Positions 49,977 through 58,457 of a DNA stretch of 64,000 nucleotides are shown one piece after another (the stretch's first letter is position 1; every line of letters starts with the position of its first letter). A model generated the notes under the pieces. That model was given only the letters and a program-made list of their open reading frames with translations. It was not told the origin of the DNA and did not search any database. The stretch is from an uncultured Chitinophagales bacterium (GTDB taxonomy: Bacteria; Bacteroidota; Bacteroidia; Chitinophagales; S012-47), in assembly GCA_964422925.1 (NCBI GenBank), contig CAYRDC010000013.1, positions 4,334-68,333 of the forward strand, in the 5' to 3' direction. Position numbers and translations under genes: made by a program.

Positions 49977-51533
49977 ATGCCCATAATCGGCAGTGTCATA
50001 AAGCGGGCAATTCAACTTAGAAAAACCATTACTTTTCAGCGCGGAACACCTTTACAATACCAGTTGCGCGTTTTAAAACGATTGCTGCGTCAGGCCAAAG
50101 ACACAGATTTTGGGAAAACCTATCACTTTCATCAAATTCTTAAATCAGAAAATCTAATCCAGGCATTTAAGAATGAGGTACCTGTTCATGATTACAATAG
50201 TATATACGAATGTTGGTGGCATCGGGCTCAGCAGGGAGAAAAAGATGTCTGTTGGCCGGGTAAGATCAAATATTTTGCCATGAGTTCCGGCACCTCTGAA
50301 GCGGCCTCCAAGTATATCCCGGTTTCAAAAGAAATGTTAAAATCGATAAAAAAAGCCTCTCAGAAATTACTGTTTGCTATGTTAAATTATGACCTGCCTA
50401 CCGATATTTTTCAAAAGGAAATATTGATGCTGGGCAGTTCAACCGATTTGAATTTTAACGGTGTTGTGTATGAGGGTGACATGAGCGGCATCAGCGCGCA
50501 GAATGTTCCATTCTGGCTTAATAAATTTTATTACAAACCCGAGAAAGATATTCTGGCAACCCGGAACTGGGATGCTAAACTGGACCAAATAGCCCGCAAT
50601 GCACCGAAATGGGATATTGCCATTATAGCCGGAATACCCAGCTGGGTCCAGATTATGATTGAGCGGATCCTGGAATATAATAACATTGAAACCCTTCATG
50701 AAATCTGGCCCAATCTAACTATGTATATCCATGGAGGCATTTCTTTTGAGCCATACCGCAAGACCTTTGAACGGTTTTTCAGTAAACCCATGATTTACTC
50801 AGAAACTTATATGGCTTCAGAAGGATTTTTTGCCATGAAAACCCGGAAAAATGCCAAAGGGCTTCAAATGGTTCTTAACAATGGCATTTTTTATGAATTT
50901 GTTCCGTTTAATGAAGAAAACTTCACGGCAAACGGTGAAATAAAATCCAATCCGGCTACTTACACAATTAATGAGGTGGAAGAAGGCATTGACTATGCCT
51001 TATTGCTTTCCACCTGCGCGGGCGCATGGCGTTACCTGATTGGTGATACGATACGTTTTGCAGATGCTAAGAAAAAAGAAATTGTAATCACTGGACGTAC
51101 CAAGCATTTTTTGAGCATCTGCGGAGAGCATCTTTCAGTCGATAATATGACCCAGGCGCTGAAAATGACGGCTGACCAATTGAATATTGAATTGAAAGAA
51201 TTCACTGTTCAGGGTATTCCGAGCGGCAATTTGTTTGCCCACAAATGGTATATTGGCACGGACGAGAATGTTGACGTACAGGCACTGACCCGTGCCCTGG
51301 ACGAAAACTTGAAGAAAGTTAATGACGATTATGCCACAGAGAGGGCCAATGTTTTAAAAGACATACAAGTGCATGTGATCCCGAACGAGCTATTTTTCAG
51401 GTGGCTGAAGATCAATGGCAAGGAAGGAGAGCAATATAAGTTTCCACGGGTCATGAAGCAGGAAATATTCCATGAATGGGAATTGTTTATCGAGCAAAAT
51501 ACAGACTTAGTTCACCCGAATCATAGTGGATGA
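49977..51533 (+). CDS. GH3 (acyl-acid amido synthetase-like) family protein
   Basis: SSGTS...K.IP, YMASEGF, GAWRYLIGD, K.PRV. Confidence 0.9.
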   Translation: MPIIGSVIKRAIQLRKTITFQRGTPLQYQLRVLKRLLRQAKDTDFGKTYHFHQILKSENLIQAFKNEVPVHDYNSIYECWWHRAQQGEKDVCWPGKIKYFAMSSGTSEAASKYIPVSKEMLKSIKKASQKLLFAMLNYDLPTDIFQKEILMLGSSTDLNFNGVVYEGDMSGISAQNVPFWLNKFYYKPEKDILATRNWDAKLDQIARNAPKWDIAIIAGIPSWVQIMIERILEYNNIETLHEIWPNLTMYIHGGISFEPYRKTFERFFSKPMIYSETYMASEGFFAMKTRKNAKGLQMVLNNGIFYEFVPFNEENFTANGEIKSNPATYTINEVEEGIDYALLLSTCAGAWRYLIGDTIRFADAKKKEIVITGRTKHFLSICGEHLSVDNMTQALKMTADQLNIELKEFTVQGIPSGNLFAHKWYIGTDENVDVQALTRALDENLKKVNDDYATERANVLKDIQVHVIPNELFFRWLKINGKEGEQYKFPRVMKQEIFHEWELFIEQNTDLVHPNHSG

Positions 51534-52150
51534 TCCAGGCAGCCAGGACGGGCATATTGTTGGGATTGACCCTGGCCGTATTGGTCGGTCCTGTTTTCTT
51601 TGCCCTGTTACAAACCAGCATTCATAAAGGCTTCGGAGCCGGTGTACGAATAGCTATCGGTATCTCTGTTAGCGATTCACTCTATATACTGGTTACCAAT
51701 TTTTTTATCAGCAGCATTCAAAACCTTTCAGCTATTGAGCATTACCTGAGCCTTGTCGGGGGTATTGTGTTGATGATCATTGGTATTCAAACTTTTTTCA
51801 GGAAGCCTAAGCTGGAAGCCAGTCCTATGCCCAATCGTTCTTTCGCACATAATGCCGGGTTAATAGTGCGTGGGTTTCTGCTCAATTTTACCCATCCGGG
51901 AGTGCTTATTTTCTGGCTTTCCGTAATTGGAGTGCTTTCCACGGAATTCAGTTACTCGATTAATGAAAAATGGCTGATGTATTCCTGTACGGTAGCTACC
52001 ATTTTTACAACAGATGTCCTGAAATCATACCTTGCCAATAAAATAAAGCGATTGCTAACAGAAAGAATTTTGCTCTGGATTAATCATGGAATGGGAATAA
52101 TTCTGGTTGGCTTTGGCCTGATTTTCCTGGTCAATTCCATTATGCGTTAA
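51530..52150 (+). CDS. LysE family transporter
   Basis: VGPVFFALLQTS..KGF, GISVSD, GFLLN..HPG...FW. Confidence 0.85.
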   Translation: MIQAARTGILLGLTLAVLVGPVFFALLQTSIHKGFGAGVRIAIGISVSDSLYILVTNFFISSIQNLSAIEHYLSLVGGIVLMIIGIQTFFRKPKLEASPMPNRSFAHNAGLIVRGFLLNFTHPGVLIFWLSVIGVLSTEFSYSINEKWLMYSCTVATIFTTDVLKSYLANKIKRLLTERILLWINHGMGIILVGFGLIFLVNSIMR

Positions 52151-52213
52151 CAGAGATTCAATCCTTACAGGCGAATCTTACTAATTTTAAACGCCCTGCT
52201 ATAATACCTAAAC

Positions 52214-52792
52214 ATGGCCCGCCCATTTGAACATATGGAGGATTTGGAATTGGTGGCCCATTACCGGGAAACCGGTGACAAAGCCGTCATAGGGGTTTTG
52301 TATGAACGCTATTTGCATCTGGTGCTTTCGGTTTGCAGAAAATATATGAACAACCTGGCGGAAGCTGAAGACCGGACTATGGAAGTTTTTGAAGAGCTTT
52401 TTGAAAAATTAAGCCGCCATGAAATACGCTATTTCAGTTCCTGGCTGTATCAGGTCACCAAGAATCATTGTTTGATGTATTTGAGAAAAAACAAATCTTC
52501 AGCAGCCAACCCGGTAATGTTTGAAGACTATATGGCAGGCAATATGGAAATAGCTGAAGAGATGCATCAACTGCCCGAAGACCAACCGCCTCCTGAAGAC
52601 CTGGTAGGCCACGCCCTTGAAAAATTAAATGAAGGCCAACGGATATGCGTTACCGCGTTTTACCTGCAGGGAAAATCATACAAACAAATAGCCGAAGAAA
52701 CGGGGTACGAGTTGAAGAAAGTGAAAAGCTTTATCCAGAATGGCAAAAGAAATTTGAAAATTATTCTGGAGAAATATCATGAAGACAAATAA
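52214..52792 (+). CDS. ECF RNA polymerase sigma-70 factor
   Basis: LYERY, AED, FSSWLYQVTKNHC, SYKQIAE..G...KVKS.I..GKRNL. Confidence 0.92.
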   Translation: MARPFEHMEDLELVAHYRETGDKAVIGVLYERYLHLVLSVCRKYMNNLAEAEDRTMEVFEELFEKLSRHEIRYFSSWLYQVTKNHCLMYLRKNKSSAANPVMFEDYMAGNMEIAEEMHQLPEDQPPPEDLVGHALEKLNEGQRICVTAFYLQGKSYKQIAEETGYELKKVKSFIQNGKRNLKIILEKYHEDK

Positions 52793-53957
52793 TCAGAATA
52801 ATGACAACATTTTTGGTTCTCCCGGACCTCACCTTTCCCTGGAAGAAATGAAAGGTTATTTGCAGGAGAGGTTGAATCCGGAAGCTGTGCGAAAAGTTGA
52901 ATGGCACATCAGTTCATGCCCATTCTGCAGCGATGCCCTGGAAGGCCTGGAGCAGGAAAATGATTGGCCTGCTTTCGAATCTTCCCTGGCCCGGCTCAAA
53001 TCCAGAATCAAATCCCTGTCCAGGTCCAAACCAGCCAGGGTTATTACTCTGCGCAACCGTTATCTGGCCCTGGCGGCTTCAGTGATGGTCCTGTTAAGTA
53101 TCAGCTTCCTGGTTTACCTGAAGCTCAATCAACAATACAGTGAAAGGGTTTTCTCAAAGCATTTTGAAAAATTTGTGGACACATTCAAACATCCAGGCCA
53201 AACCCTGGGAATAGCCGGAGAAAAATCTGCTGCTGATTTTGCAGAGACAAAGGGATCTGACAATCAAAACCAATTGGCGGCTGAATCGCCCGTAGCCAGC
53301 GAGAATACCCCGGCCCCGCAGATACCCCCTGTTGAAGAATTACGCATCGTTGAATCAGCCCCTCGCAATGCGGTTACGGAAGATTTGGCCGACCAGGAAA
53401 CAGTAGAAGAAGAACAAATAATGACCTCCGCCCCTGCGGCCGGTAATGCTACAATATGGCCTGACACATTGGTGGAAAGCATTCCCCCTGAATTCAATGG
53501 CAAAACCTTTGAATTCACAGAACCAGCGGGAAACTATGCCGAAAACGATAAAACCCTCCGAGGCAGGACCGCCAAAACAGTTCCGGCCATTGATCTGGAA
53601 GACAGCGGTGAGACTTCCCTGATGGAAACCGGAATCAAGTATTACAATGCTGACCATTTTGATGTGGCCCTCGGCTATTTCCAGGAAATCCTGCACAGGG
53701 AGCCGGACAACGACCAGGCGCTCCTTTATACCGGAATATGTTACCTCTTATTAGACAAAAGCCGTAAAGCACTGCGGTATTTTGATCAAATACTTAAAAT
53801 GGCTGGATCGGATTATGCTTACCAGGCACAATGGTACAAAGCGCTGGGTTTGCTCAAAATGAACCGGAAAAAAACCGCAATCGAACTGCTGGAAACGATT
53901 GCTAATTCACCCAGTCCCTATGCCAGGGAAGCAGAAAAAACGCTGGAAGATCTGTAA
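52779..53957 (+). CDS. Putative anti-sigma factor: zf-HC2 domain, TM helix, acidic linker, TPR domain
   Basis: HISSCPFC (HxxxCxxC), one TM helix, C-terminal TPR-like repeats; overlaps the ECF gene. Confidence 0.8.
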   Translation: MKTNNQNNDNIFGSPGPHLSLEEMKGYLQERLNPEAVRKVEWHISSCPFCSDALEGLEQENDWPAFESSLARLKSRIKSLSRSKPARVITLRNRYLALAASVMVLLSISFLVYLKLNQQYSERVFSKHFEKFVDTFKHPGQTLGIAGEKSAADFAETKGSDNQNQLAAESPVASENTPAPQIPPVEELRIVESAPRNAVTEDLADQETVEEEQIMTSAPAAGNATIWPDTLVESIPPEFNGKTFEFTEPAGNYAENDKTLRGRTAKTVPAIDLEDSGETSLMETGIKYYNADHFDVALGYFQEILHREPDNDQALLYTGICYLLLDKSRKALRYFDQILKMAGSDYAYQAQWYKALGLLKMNRKKTAIELLETIANSPSPYAREAEKTLEDL

Positions 53958-53987
53958 TTTTGACGCATCTAAGGCTTTGCCATCTCA

Positions 53988-54176
53988 ATGAATACCATCC
54001 TCAAGCTTGTCCGTTGGCTTACCCTGTTACGAGTACTTAGGCTGGTAATAGGCGCGCTCCTGATCGCAGCCGGTTATTCAGACCGCGAACCTCTTCTTGT
54101 AGCGATTGGCCTGTTCGTATTGGTACAGGGTATTTTATACCGGAACTGCGGCCCCGGATCCTGTGAGATAGATTAA
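53988..54176 (+). CDS. Small membrane hypothetical protein
   Basis: 62 aa, two hydrophobic segments, C-terminal CGPGSC. Confidence 0.6.
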   Translation: MNTILKLVRWLTLLRVLRLVIGALLIAAGYSDREPLLVAIGLFVLVQGILYRNCGPGSCEID

Positions 54177-54280
54177 TTCTTTTTTGCTGATCAATGGTAA
54201 AGCGGTCTATCTGTTTACTTTTTGATAGCTGCATGTGACAATGCCTTTGCTTTTGTTTATTTTTGCAATCCCAACCAATC

Positions 54281-54355
54281 CGGGGTGTAGCGCAGTCCGG
54301 TTAGCGCGCCTCGTTCGGGACGAGGAAGTCGGAGGTTCGAATCCTCTCACCCCGA
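54281..54355 (+). tRNA. tRNA-Pro (anticodon CGG)
   Basis: Acceptor stem CGGGGTG/CACCCCG, anticodon arm CCTCG-TTCGGGA-CGAGG, T-loop GGTTCGAATCC; CCA not encoded. Confidence 0.97.
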
Positions 54356-54356
54356 C

Positions 54357-54390
54357 AATCAAAAAGCCACCGCACGGTGGCTTTTTGATT
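54357..54390 (+). terminator. Intrinsic terminator after tRNA-Pro
   Basis: AATCAAAAAGCCACCG-CA-CGGTGGCTTTTTGATT perfect inverted repeat. Confidence 0.85.
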
Positions 54391-54526
54391 CCCAGCAGCC
54401 AATTCCTTTCGCACAAACTTCTGGCAACTACCAAATTTACGTTGTCCGAAAAATTATACCCGGAAAATGTAACCTTCCGTCTAAAAAATGTGTATAACAT
54501 ACACTCAAACAAAAGCCCCCACTGGT

Positions 54527-55219
54527 ATGAAAAAAACTAACCTCCTGAAAATCAACATTTCTGCTTTTGTATTGCTATTGCTTTTTGTTCTGCCTAACCA
54601 ACTATTAATGGCAGAAGAAGATTTACCGGAGCCCAATTCCATTCAGATAGTTGACTTTGACCTTACCATTATTGGTGAAGATGTGCAACTTAGTTGGACC
54701 TCCTTTGTGCATGCTGATTATTTCGAAATCCAATACGCCACAGAAGCTGATGATAAAGGCGATTTGATGTTTCAAACCATCACCCGGATAGAGGCCGGTA
54801 CAGAATCAACCTATTCGTTTACCGATAATATGACGGAAAAGGAAGGGCTTATGTATTACCGTATCAAAGAAATAAACGGTAGTGAAACGCCTGTTTATTC
54901 TGAGATTAAAACGGCCAATTTTGTAAATAAAGACCGGTTTACAATGAATGTAAAGCCTGATCCGGCCTTTGAGACTATTTCGTTCATTGTGAACACGCAC
55001 AAACCGGGAACTGCCCGGCTGAATATTAGTTCGATTACCGGAAATTATGAAATCACCAAAACATTAGACCTGAATAAAGGAACAAATAATCTGAAAATAC
55101 AATTGCCAAAAGAACTGGATTATGGTGCTTACTTGATTTCATTTGATTTTGAAGGAACTTCCCAGGTTGTTTTGAAACAAAAAGTAGCATTAGACCAAAT
55201 GGTCGTGTCTTTTGACTAA
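54527..55219 (+). CDS. Secreted hypothetical protein with Ig/FN3-like domain and degenerate T9SS type-A CTD
   Basis: Signal peptide; VQLSW...YFEIQ...YSFTD...YYRIKE; CTD-like VKPDPA...LNKGTN...GAYLI. Confidence 0.7.
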   Translation: MKKTNLLKINISAFVLLLLFVLPNQLLMAEEDLPEPNSIQIVDFDLTIIGEDVQLSWTSFVHADYFEIQYATEADDKGDLMFQTITRIEAGTESTYSFTDNMTEKEGLMYYRIKEINGSETPVYSEIKTANFVNKDRFTMNVKPDPAFETISFIVNTHKPGTARLNISSITGNYEITKTLDLNKGTNNLKIQLPKELDYGAYLISFDFEGTSQVVLKQKVALDQMVVSFD

Positions 55220-55260
55220 AGATTTTTCGCTTCACAATTCCGAATTGATGGTTATTGAGT

Positions 55261-55287
55261 AAAAGGAGGCAATTGCCTCCTTTTTTT
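55261..55287. terminator. Bidirectional terminator
   Basis: AAAAGGAGGCAATTGCCTCCTTTT between convergent genes. Confidence 0.75.
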
Positions 55288-56857
55288 ATGATGCCCGGAC
55301 AAAATCTTTATTGAAAAATGCGCCTCGGTTTTCCTTTCGGGCTATGGATTGTTCAACGATCAGGTGAGCTACCGAAACCAGGTTCATCAATTCGATCAGA
55401 CCCTGGCTGAGAATATTGCGCAGGTACAATTCCCGGGTTTCACGGTACAGCAGGTCCAGCCGCTGGCGGGCCACCTTGAGCCGCTGGTTACTCCGCACTA
55501 TACCTACCAGGTCGGTCATCATTTGTTGCAGTTCGCGCCTGTTATGGGCTATCAGGATGTATTCTTCGGTTTGAGACACCCCGGTCGCGTCCCATTCAGG
55601 TATATTATCCGGCAGCTTCACAGCTGACTGTGCATTGACAGCCTGCAATGAAGCCCGGTGGGCGTAAACCAAAGCTTCCAGCAGGGAATTGGAGGCCAGG
55701 CGGTTGGCCCCATGCAATCCTGTGGAAGTGCACTCCCCGCAAGCATACAGGTTTTGAATATTGGTACGCCCGTTTTTATCGACCTGAATCCCTCCGCACA
55801 AGTAATGGGCTGCCGGTACTACCGGTATCCAGTCTTTTGCTATGTCGAGCCCGATAGAACGACATTTATTCCAAATATTTGGGAATTGGTGCGAAAAGTC
55901 ATCCTGGTCAAGATGGGTGCAATCGAGGAATACGCAGGGCTCACCGCTTTTTTTCAGTTCAAAGTCAATGGCCCTGGCAACGATATCCCGCGATGCCAAT
56001 TCCATACGAGAGTCATATTTTTTCATAAACCGCTCGCCCTTGCGGTCGCGGAGAATGGCGCCAAATCCTCTTACGGCTTCCGAAATCAGGAAAGATGGGC
56101 TTTCGCCCGGATTGTAGAGGGCGGTGGGGTGGAACTGCACAAATTCCATATTGCTGATCCTGGCTTTGGCCCGGTATGCCATGGCAATACCGTCACCGGT
56201 GGCAATTACCGGATTGGTAGTATTGGCATACACCTGCCCGCCCCCACCCGTAGCGATCACCGTAACCCTGGCCGGTATTTTTAGAATTTCGTTGGTTATC
56301 AAATTAAGTACATACGCTCCATAGCAATGCAAATCAGAAGGAAGTTCTTCATACCCGGGCAAGTGGTGTTCGGTAATCAGGTCAATGGCGAAATGGTGGG
56401 GCAAAATGGTTATTTCCGGGGTATTGTGGACCCGGTTCAGCAGGGTGTTTTCCGTTTCCAGTCCCGTTGAATCTTTATGATGAATAATGCGGTTAACGCC
56501 ATGCCCTCCTTCCCGGCCCAGGTCGTAATTCCCATTGCCGGCCCGGTCGAAACGAGCGCCCCACGCTATCAGTTCGCGAATGCGCAGCGGGCCTTCATCC
56601 ACTACCATCCGCACGACTGCCTCATCGCACAGGCCGTCTCCTGCTTTTAAAGTATCATGGATATGTTGTTCCGGTGAATCAAGCTTTTTGTCGAGCACAA
56701 CCGCTATTCCCCCCTGGGCGTATTTTGTATTGGATTCGCTCTCATCTGCCTTTGTGACCACCAGGATTTTCGATCCCGGACGGTTTTCAGCTGTTTTGAG
56801 GGCAAAGGTAAGCCCGGCTACGCCCGAACCAATCACCAGAAAATCCACTGGTTCCAT
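55286..56857 (-). CDS. nadB: L-aspartate oxidase
   Basis: GSGVAGL, YAQGGIA, REGGH, QFHPT, GLHGANRLASNSLLE; adjacent to nadA. Confidence 0.96.
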   Translation of the reverse strand: MEPVDFLVIGSGVAGLTFALKTAENRPGSKILVVTKADESESNTKYAQGGIAVVLDKKLDSPEQHIHDTLKAGDGLCDEAVVRMVVDEGPLRIRELIAWGARFDRAGNGNYDLGREGGHGVNRIIHHKDSTGLETENTLLNRVHNTPEITILPHHFAIDLITEHHLPGYEELPSDLHCYGAYVLNLITNEILKIPARVTVIATGGGGQVYANTTNPVIATGDGIAMAYRAKARISNMEFVQFHPTALYNPGESPSFLISEAVRGFGAILRDRKGERFMKKYDSRMELASRDIVARAIDFELKKSGEPCVFLDCTHLDQDDFSHQFPNIWNKCRSIGLDIAKDWIPVVPAAHYLCGGIQVDKNGRTNIQNLYACGECTSTGLHGANRLASNSLLEALVYAHRASLQAVNAQSAVKLPDNIPEWDATGVSQTEEYILIAHNRRELQQMMTDLVGIVRSNQRLKVARQRLDLLYRETRELYLRNILSQGLIELMNLVSVAHLIVEQSIARKENRGAFFNKDFVRAS

Positions 56858-56866
56858 TTCAAGGTA

Positions 56867-57877
56867 TTATTTAATGCCCGCTCTCGCAGAAATTTCCAGC
56901 ATGCGCTCAATGGGTTTCAGGGCTTTTTGCCGCAGGCTTTTTTCAATAATTATCTCTGGCGTTTCATATTTCATGCACAGGTAAAGCTTCTCCATCGTGT
57001 TCAGCTTCATATAGGGACATTCCTGACAGGCAGTGCAGGTGGTTATTGCCGGTGCCGGAATAAAATGTTTATCCGGGGAATTCAGGCTCATCTGGTGTAA
57101 AATTCCGGTTTCGGTGGCCACAATAAATACATCTGCCGGATCTTCCCGGGTGAACCGCAATAAGGCACCCGTTGAACCGATAAAGTCAGCATGTTCCAGT
57201 AAATAAGAACCACATTCCGGATGGGCAATAATTTTAGCTCCGGGGTAATGCACCTTCAACTGGTTGACCTGTTCGGCTGAAAACTCCTGGTGAACGATGC
57301 AGGAACCATCCCAGATAAGCATTTCCCGCCCAGACTTTCTTTTCAGATAAGCCCCCAGGTTTTTATCGGGCGCAAAAATGATTGGCGTGTCCTCCGGTAT
57401 GGATTCAATAATGGCCAGCGCATTGGTAGAAGTGCAAATAATATCGCTTAAGGCTTTAATCTCCGCGGTAGTGTTAATATAGGAAACCACCACATGGTCC
57501 GGGTGGTCTTCCCGGAATTTCCGGAATAAATCGGGAGGGCAGGAATCGGCCAAACTGCAACTGGCATTCAAATCCGGCAACACTACTTTTTTATCAGGGT
57601 TCAGGATTTTAGCCGTTTCAGCCATAAAATGGACTCCGGCAAATACAATCATATTCGCATTCGTAGAGGCGGCCTGCCGGGATAAACCCAGGCTATCCCC
57701 GGTAAAATCCGCAATATCCTGAATTTCCGGTTGCTGATAGTAATGAGCCAGAATTATGGCATTTTTCTCCCTGCGCAACCGGTTGATCTCCGCTTTCAGG
57801 TCTTTTCTTTCAGGAACCGGTAGGTTCAGATATCCTTTTACCTGCAATTCGTCCAGGGCTTTTGTTAACTGTGTCAT
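56867..57877 (-). CDS. nadA: Quinolinate synthase
   Basis: [34 protein letters not shown]. Confidence 0.97.
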   Translation of the reverse strand: MTQLTKALDELQVKGYLNLPVPERKDLKAEINRLRREKNAIILAHYYQQPEIQDIADFTGDSLGLSRQAASTNANMIVFAGVHFMAETAKILNPDKKVVLPDLNASCSLADSCPPDLFRKFREDHPDHVVVSYINTTAEIKALSDIICTSTNALAIIESIPEDTPIIFAPDKNLGAYLKRKSGREMLIWDGSCIVHQEFSAEQVNQLKVHYPGAKIIAHPECGSYLLEHADFIGSTGALLRFTREDPADVFIVATETGILHQMSLNSPDKHFIPAPAITTCTACQECPYMKLNTMEKLYLCMKYETPEIIIEKSLRQKALKPIERMLEISARAGIK

Positions 57878-57900
57878 CACTTCAAATTACGCAAAAACAA

Positions 57901-58338
57901 TTAACGCTTCCAAATGATCTTGGTTCCAAAACCCAGGGTGTTATCTGTCATTTTTAGATAGTCCAGCTGAATTATATAGGTTTCTCCGGGATGAAGCTTC
58001 GCGTAAGGGTACCGTTTGATGTATATTCTCTCTGCGGAGTCCAGTTCCTGCCCCCGGGGTTTAATCAGCAGCCCAGTAAACTGAACCCCGCGAATAGTTC
58101 CGACTCTTCCGGGGTTTTTATATATGGTTCCGGCTACCTTTGGGTTTGCCATGCCTTCCAGGATATGGCGCGTAGCCGGCTCGCTCTGGAAGATCAATGA
58201 TAATCCGTCCTTGCTGCAGGCATAAAAAACATTGGCGCACCAGGGCGTATGCCTGTCACTGGTTGCCAGTGTCAGCACCTTTTCCTTGCGCAAAAAACGA
58301 ATGATCCGACCGGGATCCTGAATGAATTGCTGCCCCAT
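57901..58338 (-). CDS. Pyridoxamine 5'-phosphate oxidase-like split-barrel protein (YhbP/UPF0306)
   Basis: LTLAT...PWCAN.FY, TRH, VAGTI, GVQF.G, KMTDNTLGFGTK. Confidence 0.85.
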   Translation of the reverse strand: MGQQFIQDPGRIIRFLRKEKVLTLATSDRHTPWCANVFYACSKDGLSLIFQSEPATRHILEGMANPKVAGTIYKNPGRVGTIRGVQFTGLLIKPRGQELDSAERIYIKRYPYAKLHPGETYIIQLDYLKMTDNTLGFGTKIIWKR

Positions 58339-58405
58339 TGAGTAAAACGGATTATCTGCTGCAATAAAACAAAATACAGACGAAGGGGCAGATGACTTGC
58401 ATCAT

Positions 58406-58434
58406 AAAAAAGCCTCCCGAAGGGGAGGCCTTTT
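58406..58434 (-). terminator. Intrinsic terminator after nrdJ
   Basis: GCCTCCC-GAAG-GGGAGGC flanked by A/T tracts. Confidence 0.75.
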
Positions 58435-58457
58435 CTTCTACAGATTAACCTGGTTGC

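Noticed and set aside
54281-54355. tRNA-Pro as an integration site
   Set aside because: No integrase and no duplicated tRNA 3' end were noticed, and a normal terminator follows.
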